Shown in pieces: positions 1 to 8,084 of a stretch of DNA of 30,752 bases. The notes below the pieces were generated by a model. It was given only the letters and a program-made list of their open reading frames with translations, did no database searches and had not been told where the DNA came from. Location: contig CAJOQU010000182.1 in assembly GCA_905236975.1 (NCBI GenBank), forward strand, positions 1-30,752. The letters are read 5' to 3'. How positions within the stretch are numbered: the stretch's first letter is position 1; the number at the start of each line of letters is the position of its first letter. This DNA is from an uncultured Clostridia bacterium (GTDB lineage Bacteria; Bacillota; Clostridia; Oscillospirales; Acutalibacteraceae). Both the position numbers and the translations under genes were made by a program.

Positions 1-4
1 AATA

Positions 5-40
5 TAAAACGCGACCCGCCGTGGATGGTCGGCGGGTGCG
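5..40 (-). terminator. Intrinsic terminator downstream of prs
   Basis: Stem ACCCGCCG (14-21) / CGGCGGGT (30-37). On the minus strand it is followed by TTTTATATT and lies just after the prs stop. Confidence 0.7.
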
Positions 41-47
41 GATATGG

Positions 48-1184
48 TTAATTGTTTTTTTCCTGCTCATACCGGGCCACGGCGTTTTTGATGCGATCGA
101 CCGGGTCTAACAGACTGCTGATAGAATTATCATAATTTAAGGTTTCCACCAGCAGGGCGATATACTTAGACATGTTTACGCTGCAATACCATTCACGCGA
201 AAGCAATTCGGGGGATTGATAGATGAGGTTGGTGGTAAAGATCTTATCGATCTTGCCTGCCCAATAATACTGGTCGAACTTTTCAAGCCCCTCCACAAAC
301 AGGCCGAAAGTGGAGAAAATAAAGATTCTGCCCGCGCCCTGCTCTTTCAGCTTTTCGGCGATATCCAGCATAGATTCGCCGGAGGAGATCATGTCATCTA
401 CCAAGATAAGGTCTTTTCCCGTAATATCGTTGCCCAAAAATTCATGCGCCTCAATAGGGTTTTTTCCGTTAACAACGACCGAATAGTTGCGGCGTTTATA
501 GAACATGCCGAGCTCCAGTCCTAACACGGAGGAATAATAGATGCAGCGCCCCATGCCGCCCTCGTCGGGTGAAACGATCATGGTGTGGTCACGATCCAGC
601 TTAATGTCCGGCACGGTACGCAAGAGGGCTTTGATCATTTGATAAGAGGCCTGTACGTTATCGAATCCTTCCAACGGAATGGCGTTGTTCACGCGAGGGT
701 CATGTGCGTCAAAGGTAATGATATTTTTGACCCCCATGGCCGTCAGTTCCTGAAGCGCCATGGCGCAGTCCATGGATTCCCGGGCGGTACGGCGATGCTG
801 TCTGCCCTCATACAGCATGGGCATGATTACGGTGATTCTTCTGGCCTTGCCGCCAAGCGCCGCGATGACGCGCTTGAGGTCTTGAAAATGATCATCAGGG
901 CTCATGGGAACGGTTTGCCCGTACATTTTATAAGTGACACTGTAGTTAAAGCAGTCACATATAATGTATACATCTAACCCGCGGGCGGTATGTTTCAGCA
1001 CGGCCTTGGCCTCGCCTGTGCCAAAACGGGGGCAGTTGGCGGTGATCACAAAGGATTCATCCTCCGGAATATCGCGCCACTGTTTGAGGTAGTAGTCTAC
1101 CTTGGAGGCGATGTCTTCACAGCCGCGCATGCTGATGAGCGCCAGATCGCCATAAGGGGTGTGTTTAAAGTCAACGTTTGCCAT
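48..1184 (-). CDS. prs: Ribose-phosphate pyrophosphokinase (long clostridial type)
   Basis: 378 aa. Motifs include RFGTGE, PMLYEGRQHRR, TFDAH, VSPDEGG, YKRR and the PRPP-binding LVDDMISSGES. SD GGAGG lies upstream of the ATG. Confidence 0.95.
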   Translation of the reverse strand: MANVDFKHTPYGDLALISMRGCEDIASKVDYYLKQWRDIPEDESFVITANCPRFGTGEAKAVLKHTARGLDVYIICDCFNYSVTYKMYGQTVPMSPDDHFQDLKRVIAALGGKARRITVIMPMLYEGRQHRRTARESMDCAMALQELTAMGVKNIITFDAHDPRVNNAIPLEGFDNVQASYQMIKALLRTVPDIKLDRDHTMIVSPDEGGMGRCIYYSSVLGLELGMFYKRRNYSVVVNGKNPIEAHEFLGNDITGKDLILVDDMISSGESMLDIAEKLKEQGAGRIFIFSTFGLFVEGLEKFDQYYWAGKIDKIFTTNLIYQSPELLSREWYCSVNMSKYIALLVETLNYDNSISSLLDPVDRIKNAVARYEQEKNN

Positions 1185-1348
1185 AGAAAGCCCTCCGTAT
1201 TCAATTTACATTATCATAATACCACAAAATCTTCGACACAAAAAGACCTTTTCCAAAAAAAATTCCATATCTTTTTTCGTTTTTAAAGTGTAAATTTTAT
1301 ACGATAACGCCAAAAGCAAAAATTTTTTGTTATTTTCTGATTTTTTGC

Positions 1349-1377
1349 TTGACAAGAGTGGGAAAACATGGTATAAT
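1349..1377 (+). promoter_or_regulatory. sigmaA promoter of cysK
   Basis: Perfect consensus TTGACA (1349-1354) - 17 nt - TATAAT (1372-1377), with a TG extended -10. Confidence 0.85.
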
Positions 1378-1428
1378 CCTATCAACATATCAGTTTGGTA
1401 GGTTAATAATTTTAAAGGAGTCTTTTCA

Positions 1429-2361
1429 ATGTCAAACGTTTATACTTCAGCCGATCAATTGATTGGCGGCACACCCCTGTTACGTCTCACGCATATTGAA
1501 GAAAAACACAACTTAAAGGCGAAAATCCTTGCCAAGTTGGAATATTTCAACCCGGCGGGCTCGGTCAAGGACCGTATCGCCAAAGCCATGCTGGACGATG
1601 CCGAGCAAACCGGCAAGCTGAAACCCGGTTCGGTTATTATTGAGCCGACCTCCGGCAATACCGGCATTGGGTTGGCATCGGTTGCGGCCGCAAGGGGCTA
1701 TCGCATTATCATTGTCATGCCCGAGACCATGTCGGTCGAACGCCGTCAGTTGATGAAGGCCTACGGCGCGGAACTGGTTTTGACCGAAGGCAGCAAAGGT
1801 ATGAAGGGCGCCATCGCCAAAGCGGAAGAGCTGCACCAGGAAATTCCGGACAGCTTTATCCCCGGTCAGTTTGTCAATCCGGCTAACCCGAAGATCCATT
1901 TTGAGACCACCGGCCCCGAAATTTACAACGATACCGACGGCGAGGTTGACATTTTCGTTGCAGGCGTTGGTACCGGCGGCACTGTGACCGGCGTTGGAAA
2001 ATACCTGAAATCCAAAAAGCCGGAGGTTAAAATCGTAGCGGTTGAACCGGCCTCCTCGGCGGTACTTTCGGGCAATGCGCCGGGCGCACATAAAATTCAG
2101 GGTATCGGCGCGGGCTTTGTGCCCGAGGTGCTGGACACCAAGGTTTACGACGAAATCATTCCGGTTGAAAATGAAGATGCTTTCGCCACCGGCGCCGAGA
2201 TCGGCAAGAGCGAGGGCGTGCTGGTCGGCATTTCCTCAGGTGCGGCGCTGCATGCCGCCATTAAGCTGGCCGAGCGCCCCGAGAATGAGGGCAAAACCAT
2301 TGTGGTGCTGTTGCCCGACACCGGCGACCGTTACCTTTCCACCGCGCTTTTTGCCGATTAG
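1429..2361 (+). CDS. cysK: Cysteine synthase A (O-acetylserine sulfhydrylase)
   Basis: 310 aa. Motifs: PLP lysine [44 protein letters not shown]. Confidence 0.97.
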   Translation: MSNVYTSADQLIGGTPLLRLTHIEEKHNLKAKILAKLEYFNPAGSVKDRIAKAMLDDAEQTGKLKPGSVIIEPTSGNTGIGLASVAAARGYRIIIVMPETMSVERRQLMKAYGAELVLTEGSKGMKGAIAKAEELHQEIPDSFIPGQFVNPANPKIHFETTGPEIYNDTDGEVDIFVAGVGTGGTVTGVGKYLKSKKPEVKIVAVEPASSAVLSGNAPGAHKIQGIGAGFVPEVLDTKVYDEIIPVENEDAFATGAEIGKSEGVLVGISSGAALHAAIKLAERPENEGKTIVVLLPDTGDRYLSTALFAD

Positions 2362-2393
2362 TCTGCATTTTCCGTTTTTTTGCGGATGTATGC

Positions 2394-2422
2394 TTGACAA
2401 ACGGTTAAAAAAGGATTATACT
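2394..2422 (+). promoter_or_regulatory. sigmaA promoter of the glpP operon
   Basis: TTGACA (2394-2399) - 17 nt - TATACT (2417-2422). Confidence 0.8.
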
Positions 2423-2428
2423 AACATA

Positions 2429-2479
2429 CAGAGTTTAGAGATGCAAGGTTGTGCACGCTTTGCATCTTTTTCTTTTTTT
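2429..2479 (+). promoter_or_regulatory. Leader attenuator (intrinsic terminator in the 5' UTR), probable GlpP antitermination target
   Basis: Stem AGATGCAAGG (2439-2448) / CTTTGCATCT (2458-2467) is followed by a 13-nt U-rich tract. It sits between the promoter and the glpP SD, and an AGAG-N3-AGAG element overlaps the 5' arm. Confidence 0.75.
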
Positions 2480-2495
2480 AGGGGAGGTGGATGCC

Positions 2496-3056
2496 ATGTC
2501 GTTATATCGTGTGACCGACGCGCTGGAGCGGGCGCCGGTCATTGCCGCAACCGATCGGCGAAACTGGAAAACCGCTTTGACATCCGAAGCGGAGGTGTTG
2601 TTTCACCTGAATCTGGATCTGCTGACAGCAAAAGAGGCGTTGACCGCCGCCAAACAGCAAGATAAACTGGTGTTTGTACATATCGATTTGGCCGAAGGTA
2701 TCGGAAAAGACAAAACAGGGCTTGCATGGCTGGCACAGCTCGGAGCGGACGGCATTATCAGCACCCGCTCGCACCTGATCAAAGCGGCAAAAGAACTGGG
2801 GCTATGCACGGTACAGCGCTTTTTTGCGTTGGATTCCAAGGGGCTTGATTCTATTCGGGACACCATGGAGACCTGTCACCCCGATCTTGCCGAAATCATG
2901 CCGGGGGTCATTCCAAAAGTTGTGGCACGCTTTGTTGGAACGGGCGTGCCGGTGATTGCAGGGGGCTTGATTGAAACTAAGGCCGAAGTCACCGCCGCAC
3001 TGGGACAGGGAGCGTTGGCGGTTTCGACCGGAAAAAGTGAGCTTTGGTCGTTATAA
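2496..3056 (+). CDS. glpP: Glycerol-3-phosphate-responsive antiterminator
   Basis: About 186 aa. Motifs VFVHIDLAEG, DGIISTR, TVQRFFALDS, EIMPG and IAGGLI match the GlpP family. Start moved to ATG 2496 on the basis of SD GGGGAGG. Confidence 0.9.
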   Translation: MSLYRVTDALERAPVIAATDRRNWKTALTSEAEVLFHLNLDLLTAKEALTAAKQQDKLVFVHIDLAEGIGKDKTGLAWLAQLGADGIISTRSHLIKAAKELGLCTVQRFFALDSKGLDSIRDTMETCHPDLAEIMPGVIPKVVARFVGTGVPVIAGGLIETKAEVTAALGQGALAVSTGKSELWSL

Positions 3057-3079
3057 ATTATTATAGAAATGGGGAAACT

Positions 3080-3745
3080 ATGATGCATATGGTTACTTAT
3101 CACGACTTGCTGATTCAAACCGTCTTACGCGCATTAGCCTCGGTACTGATCGGCGGTCTGATCGGCAGCGAGCGGGCGCGGCACGGTCGCGCGGCCGGAA
3201 TGCGCACCCATATTTTGGTGTGCTTGGGCGCTTGCATGACCAGTATGACCAGCATGTTTGTGGCCGATTTTTTAGGTCATGAGGGCGATGTGTTTCGTAT
3301 CCCGGCGCAAGTGGTGTCGGGTATCGGCTTTTTGGGCGCGGGCATGATTATTTTAAAAAGCAACAATGTGATCATGGGTCTTACCACCGCCGCGGGCGTG
3401 TGGGCGACCGGCACCATTGGGGTGGCGCTGGGCTATGGCTATTATGCCGGCGCACTGGTGGTCACCGTGCTGTTTTTGGTCACCATTATTCTGTTTGCCA
3501 AGTTTGAGCGCCGCAAAAAAAGCGCCGAAGTGATCTATCTTGAAATTGATGATCTGTATCGACTGAATCAAGTTCTGAAAACATTAGAGCAGACGATTCC
3601 GTCCTCTTTCACCACCCAAATTTTCGCCCCCAAAACCGGGCGCGACGGCCACGCGGGTGTGAATTTAATTTTAGAAAAACATATTGATTATGACATTGCC
3701 GCCCTTTGTGAGTTGGAGAATGTTGTCTTTGCTGTAGAGGAATAG
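3080..3745 (+). CDS. MgtC/SapB family membrane protein with a C-terminal soluble domain
   Basis: Motifs GGLIGSERA, AGMRTHILV, RIPAQVVSGIGFLGAG and GLTTAAGVW, followed by an approximately 75-aa hydrophilic tail (possibly ACT-like). The start could be 3080, 3083 or 3089. Confidence 0.88.
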   Translation: MMHMVTYHDLLIQTVLRALASVLIGGLIGSERARHGRAAGMRTHILVCLGACMTSMTSMFVADFLGHEGDVFRIPAQVVSGIGFLGAGMIILKSNNVIMGLTTAAGVWATGTIGVALGYGYYAGALVVTVLFLVTIILFAKFERRKKSAEVIYLEIDDLYRLNQVLKTLEQTIPSSFTTQIFAPKTGRDGHAGVNLILEKHIDYDIAALCELENVVFAVEE

Positions 3746-3750
3746 AACCA

Positions 3751-5193
3751 ATGAACCAGATAAACCATTATGATGTACTGATTGCCGGAGCAGGCGTAAC
3801 CGGCGGTCTATTAGCCAGAGAACTGACACGTTACCGCCTTTCGGTCTGCGTGTTGGAAAAGGAAAACGACGTAGCCATGGGCGCCTCCAAGGCCAACAGC
3901 GGGATTATCCACGGCGGGTTTGACCCGGAGCCGGGCACCCTGAAAGCCAAGCTGAACGCCAAGGGCGTGCCGATGCTGTATGAGACCTTGCGAGAACTGC
4001 ATGTGCCGCACAAAAACAACGGCTCCCTGGTGTTGGCTTTCGGCAAAGAGGAGGAAAAGACCCTTGCCTTGCTGTTGGAGCGCGGGCAGAAAAACGGCGT
4101 GCCGGATCTGCGGCTGTTATCCGGCGACGAGGCTCGTGCGCTGGAGCCCAATTTATCAAGCGAGGTCACGGGTGCATTGCTGGCTCCCTCCGCCGGGATT
4201 GTGAGTCCCTATGAATTGGCTATCGCGGCCATTGGAAACGCCATGGATAACGGCGCGACCCTGCTGCGCAATTTTGCCGTCACCGCGATTGAAAAAACGG
4301 ATCGTTTTACCGTCACCGCCGCAGACGGCAGACAGGTGACCGGCCGGTATTTCGTCAACTGTGCAGGTGGGTTTGCCGACCGCATTGCCGAAATGGCGGG
4401 CGACGGCTTTTTCACCATTTTGCCTCGCGCCGGGGAATATTTACTACTGGATAAAGCCGAAGGCGCCGCCGTTTCCCATACCATTTTTCAGGTTCCGACC
4501 AAAAACGGCAAAGGGGTGTTGGTCACCCCCACGGCCGACGGCAATCTGCTGTTAGGTCCCACCGCGGTGCCGGTGGACGACCCGGCTGACACCGCCACCA
4601 CCGCCCCGGGGCTTGAAACGGTTGCCACCCTGGCGCGCAAAAGTGTGCCGAGTGTGAACACACGTAATGTCATTACCTCCTTCGCGGGGGTACGCGCCTC
4701 CGAAAAGGGTGGAGATTTCATCCTTCGGGCATCTGAAAAGATACCGGGACTGGTGCATGCAGCGGCCATTGATTCGCCGGGACTTTCCAGCTGTGTCGCC
4801 ATTGCGCGCTATGTGGTGAATATTTTAAAAGAGCAAGGGCTGATCCTGACCGAAAATCCCGATTTCAACCCGATTCGCGAGGATGTACACGCTTTTCGCC
4901 ATATGAATGATCGGGAGCGGGACGGCTACATCAAAGCGAACCCGGCATACGGCAGAATCATTTGCCGGTGCGAAACGGTCAGCGAGGGCGAGATCGTCGA
5001 TGCCCTGCACCGCAATCCCCCGGCGCTTGATGTCGATGGCGTTAAACGCCGCACCCGTTCGGGCATGGGGCGTTGTCAAGGCGGATTTTGCGCCCCGTAT
5101 GTCATGCGCCTGATCGCGCGGGAAACCGGTCTGCCCATGCAAAAGATCACCAAAAAAGGCGGGGCTTCCCGCATGCTGACCGAGGAGGAATAA
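3751..5193 (+). CDS. FAD-dependent oxidoreductase, GlpA/LhgO-like probable glycerol-3-phosphate dehydrogenase catalytic subunit with a BFD-like [2Fe-2S] C-terminus
   Basis: 480 aa. Motifs GAGVTG and ASKANSGIIHGG, plus a C-terminal CRCE...RSGMGRCQGGFC. Lies downstream of glpP. Confidence 0.85.
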   Translation: MNQINHYDVLIAGAGVTGGLLARELTRYRLSVCVLEKENDVAMGASKANSGIIHGGFDPEPGTLKAKLNAKGVPMLYETLRELHVPHKNNGSLVLAFGKEEEKTLALLLERGQKNGVPDLRLLSGDEARALEPNLSSEVTGALLAPSAGIVSPYELAIAAIGNAMDNGATLLRNFAVTAIEKTDRFTVTAADGRQVTGRYFVNCAGGFADRIAEMAGDGFFTILPRAGEYLLLDKAEGAAVSHTIFQVPTKNGKGVLVTPTADGNLLLGPTAVPVDDPADTATTAPGLETVATLARKSVPSVNTRNVITSFAGVRASEKGGDFILRASEKIPGLVHAAAIDSPGLSSCVAIARYVVNILKEQGLILTENPDFNPIREDVHAFRHMNDRERDGYIKANPAYGRIICRCETVSEGEIVDALHRNPPALDVDGVKRRTRSGMGRCQGGFCAPYVMRLIARETGLPMQKITKKGGASRMLTEEE

Positions 5194-5196
5194 CCC

Positions 5197-6447
5197 ATGC
5201 CGGAATTTGATATTGTGGTAGTCGGCGGCGGTCCTGCCGGAATGGCGGCGGCCGTGGCGGCTTATGACCGCGGCGTAACCAATATCGCCGTTTTAGACCG
5301 TGAAGAAGCACTTGGCGGTATTTTGAAGCAATGTATCCATAACGGATTCGGCCTGCACAAATTGGGACGGGAGCTCACCGGTCCCGAATATGCCGCCGTT
5401 TACGAAGAACAGGTAATAAATCGCGGCATCACCGTGTTTTATGAGACAATGGTGACCGCCGTTTCGAAAGAGAAAATCGTCACCGCGCAAAACGCAAGCG
5501 GCGTTTTGAAATTCAAAGCCAAAGCCGTGGTGTTGGCCATGGGCTGTCGTGAACGCAGCCGCGGAGCACTTAACATCAGCGGTACCCGCCCGGCAGGAGT
5601 ATACAGCGCCGGCACCGCGCAAAAGCTCATGAACTGCGAGGGCTTTGCGGTCGGCAAACGGGCAGTTATTTTAGGTTCGGGCGATATCGGGCTGATTATG
5701 GCACGCCGCCTGTCGCTCGAGGGCGCCAAGGTCGAGGCCGTGTGCGAGATCATGCCCTATTCCGGTGGCTTGACCCGCAACATTGTGCAATGCTTAGAGG
5801 ATTACGGCATTCCGCTTTATCTTTCCACCACCGTGGCTGAAATCCATGGCCGTGAACGCGTAGAGGGCGTGACCATTGCCAAAGTCGATGAAAACCGCCG
5901 TGTCATAGAAGAAACCAAGCAATATATCCCTTGTGATACCCTGCTGTTATCGGTGGGGCTGATTCCCGAAAACGAGCTGACCCGCGGCGCGGGCATCCCG
6001 ATTGACAGCGTTACCAACGGCGCGGTGGTAGACGAGCATCGTCAAACCGCCGTACCGGGCATTTTCGCTTGCGGCAATGTTTTACAGGTACATGATTTGG
6101 TGGATTACGTTTCGGACGAAGCCGAGATCGCGGGCATCGGCGCGGCGGATTTTGTTCTTCAGCAATCGCAGACCGCGGCCAATCTGCCTACCAAAGCCGG
6201 GTTTGGTGTGCGGTATGTTCTGCCCCAGCGCGTCAGTCAAGACACATCGAAGGATCTCGACCTGTTTTTACGGGTCACACAGCCTTTTGGTAAGGTACGT
6301 TTCACCGTGCGTTCGGGGGACACCGTGCTGGCAACCGCCGTGCGCTTAAAGGCTGCCCCAGGTGAAATGGAAAAGTTGACAATCAAAAACGCGGCCTTAT
6401 CACAGGCGACCGACGCCCTGACCGTGGAGTTGGAGGAACTGGCATGA
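5197..6447 (+). CDS. NAD(P)/FAD-dependent pyridine nucleotide-disulfide oxidoreductase (partner subunit)
   Basis: 416 aa. Motifs GGGPAG, GGILKQCIHNGFG, LAMGCRER, GSGDIG and IFACGN. Confidence 0.88.
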   Translation: MPEFDIVVVGGGPAGMAAAVAAYDRGVTNIAVLDREEALGGILKQCIHNGFGLHKLGRELTGPEYAAVYEEQVINRGITVFYETMVTAVSKEKIVTAQNASGVLKFKAKAVVLAMGCRERSRGALNISGTRPAGVYSAGTAQKLMNCEGFAVGKRAVILGSGDIGLIMARRLSLEGAKVEAVCEIMPYSGGLTRNIVQCLEDYGIPLYLSTTVAEIHGRERVEGVTIAKVDENRRVIEETKQYIPCDTLLLSVGLIPENELTRGAGIPIDSVTNGAVVDEHRQTAVPGIFACGNVLQVHDLVDYVSDEAEIAGIGAADFVLQQSQTAANLPTKAGFGVRYVLPQRVSQDTSKDLDLFLRVTQPFGKVRFTVRSGDTVLATAVRLKAAPGEMEKLTIKNAALSQATDALTVELEELA

Positions 6448-6782
6448 TGAAACAGATGACCTGCATTATTTGCCCGCGCGGCTGTTCGTTGACCGTCAAT
6501 ACCGACGATATGACCGTGACCGGCAACACCTGCCCCAAGGGCAAGCAATACGCCACCCTTGAATGCACCCACCCGGTGCGCACCGTGACCTCGACCATTA
6601 AGCTTGCCAACCGTGACGGCATGGTCAGCGTGAAAACCAAAGACCCCGTTGCCAAGGCGGATATTTTTGATGTGATGCGGCAAATTCGCGCCGCATCCGC
6701 CGAGGCACCGATCAAAATAGGCGATGTTCTGCTGGCCGATGTGGCGGGTACCGATATCATCGCCACCAAAAATGTGGAGTGA
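6444..6782 (+). CDS. Small Fe-S protein (DUF1667-like), third subunit of the oxidoreductase module
   Basis: 112 aa with CIICPRGC and NTCPKG cysteine motifs. ATGA overlap with the upstream gene. Confidence 0.85.
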   Translation: MMKQMTCIICPRGCSLTVNTDDMTVTGNTCPKGKQYATLECTHPVRTVTSTIKLANRDGMVSVKTKDPVAKADIFDVMRQIRAASAEAPIKIGDVLLADVAGTDIIATKNVE

Positions 6783-6791
6783 TCGAGCGCC

Positions 6792-7586
6792 ATGGATGAG
6801 ACCCGCCTGAACAATATCAAACTGTTTTTATTTGATATGGACGGCACCCTCTACCTTGGGGAGAGGCTTTACCCGTTCACCGCCAACCTGCTGCGCCGCA
6901 TTCGCCAAAGCGGCAGGGAGTATTTGTTCATCACCAACAATTCCTCCAAAAGCGTGCGAGCCTATGTGGAAAAGTGGGCGCGCTTGGGGATTGCCGCCGT
7001 CACACAGGATTTTTTAACCTCTTCACAGGCCACCGCGGTTTATTTAAAGCAACATTTTCCGGGTAAACGCCTGTATGTTTGCGGCACCGCCTCTTTAAAA
7101 GAAGAACTGGCGGCCGAAGGCTTTGCCTTGACCGACGACCCCGAGCAAACCGAATGCATTGTGATGGGCTTTGATACCGAACTGACCTTTCGAAAATTGG
7201 AAGATGTGAGCCGTCTTCTTTGCACCAAAGACCTGCCCTACATTGCCACCAACCCCGATTACGTCTGCCCTACCGAATTCGGCAGCGTACCCGACTGCGG
7301 CAGTGTGTGTGACATGCTGTTCAACGTGTCCGGCAAACGCCCCTTTGTGATCGGCAAACCGTCGCCTTTAATGATCCGGCTTGCCATGCAAAAATGCGGC
7401 GTCACCCCCGAACAAACCGCCGTGGTGGGCGACCGGATTTATACCGATATCAAAAGCGGTCTGGCCGCCGGTGCGCTTTCGGTGCTGGTCATGAGCGGCG
7501 AAACCACGCCGGACATTCTTGCCGCCTCGCCCGATCAACCCGATGTGGTGCTGAAAGACGCGGGCGAGATCATGGAATGGCTGTAA
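6792..7586 (+). CDS. HAD-IIA (NagD/AraL-like) phosphatase
   Basis: 264 aa. Motif I FDMDGTLY, motif II ITNNS, IATNPD, GKP and motif IV VGDRIYTDI. Confidence 0.92.
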   Translation: MDETRLNNIKLFLFDMDGTLYLGERLYPFTANLLRRIRQSGREYLFITNNSSKSVRAYVEKWARLGIAAVTQDFLTSSQATAVYLKQHFPGKRLYVCGTASLKEELAAEGFALTDDPEQTECIVMGFDTELTFRKLEDVSRLLCTKDLPYIATNPDYVCPTEFGSVPDCGSVCDMLFNVSGKRPFVIGKPSPLMIRLAMQKCGVTPEQTAVVGDRIYTDIKSGLAAGALSVLVMSGETTPDILAASPDQPDVVLKDAGEIMEWL

Positions 7587-7633
7587 ACAGTCACTTTGGA
7601 ACAAAAATTTTACTCCGTTTTGGTTCGAACAAT

Positions 7634-7674
7634 GCCGCCGCCTTGTTTCCCGCAGGGCGTGCGGCGTATATTTT
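7634..7674 (+). terminator. Probable intrinsic terminator of the glp operon
   Basis: GCCGC-CGCCTTG / CAGGGCG-T-GCGGC stem followed by GTATATTTT (imperfect U-tract). Confidence 0.5.
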
Positions 7675-7711
7675 GCCGTTTTCAGCACACAATGTTAGTG
7701 AGGTGACAACA

Positions 7712-7975
7712 ATGGCAAAACAAGGCATGAAACGCCCCGAGGTTTCCCACACAAAGCACCGGAACGAGGTTGACCCCGTCCCTGAAATTGACGGAAAATC
7801 TACACAGAGCAAAGCCAAAGCCGAGCCCCCGGCAATCGAAACCGAAGGAGCCGATTTAGAAGTGTTTCAAACCGAGCATCCTTCTCCCGGGCAGGTATAT
7901 TCCGCCATGGAATCCGATTTAGCCAAGGCCAATTTGGAAAACGACCTGTCAGCGGCGGACGCGCAGGATTCATAA
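7712..7975 (+). CDS. Small acidic hypothetical protein (87 aa, MAKQGMKRP...)
   Basis: SD GAGGTG lies 6 nt before ATG 7712. The ORF fills an intergenic gap and is followed by a terminator. The upstream extension in the ORF track (from 7394) overlaps the HAD gene and is not credible. Confidence 0.7.
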   Translation: MAKQGMKRPEVSHTKHRNEVDPVPEIDGKSTQSKAKAEPPAIETEGADLEVFQTEHPSPGQVYSAMESDLAKANLENDLSAADAQDS

Positions 7976-8030
7976 TTTAAAAAGATTTCATCCGGTTATC
8001 AAACCTTCCGCTCCGGTCAGGTTTCTGTGC

Positions 8031-8066
8031 AAAACCCCGCTCCTTCTAAAGGGGCGGGGTCATTTT
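8031..8066. terminator. Bidirectional intrinsic terminator between convergent units
   Basis: ACCCCGCTCCTT / AGGGGCGGGGT stem, with an A-run on the left and CATTTT on the right. Confidence 0.8.
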
Positions 8067-8084
8067 GTCAATAAACTTATTTTT

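Noticed and set aside
216-1286. Plus-strand ORFs 216-524, 585-977 and 990-1286
   Set aside because: They are antisense shadows of prs with no SD or recognisable motif.
1378-1428. S-box or T-box riboswitch ahead of cysK
   Set aside because: The leader is only about 45 nt and has no terminator or conserved boxes.
7394-7711. N-terminal extension giving a 193-aa ORF
   Set aside because: It overlaps the HAD gene in another frame and crosses a terminator. The SD supports ATG 7712.
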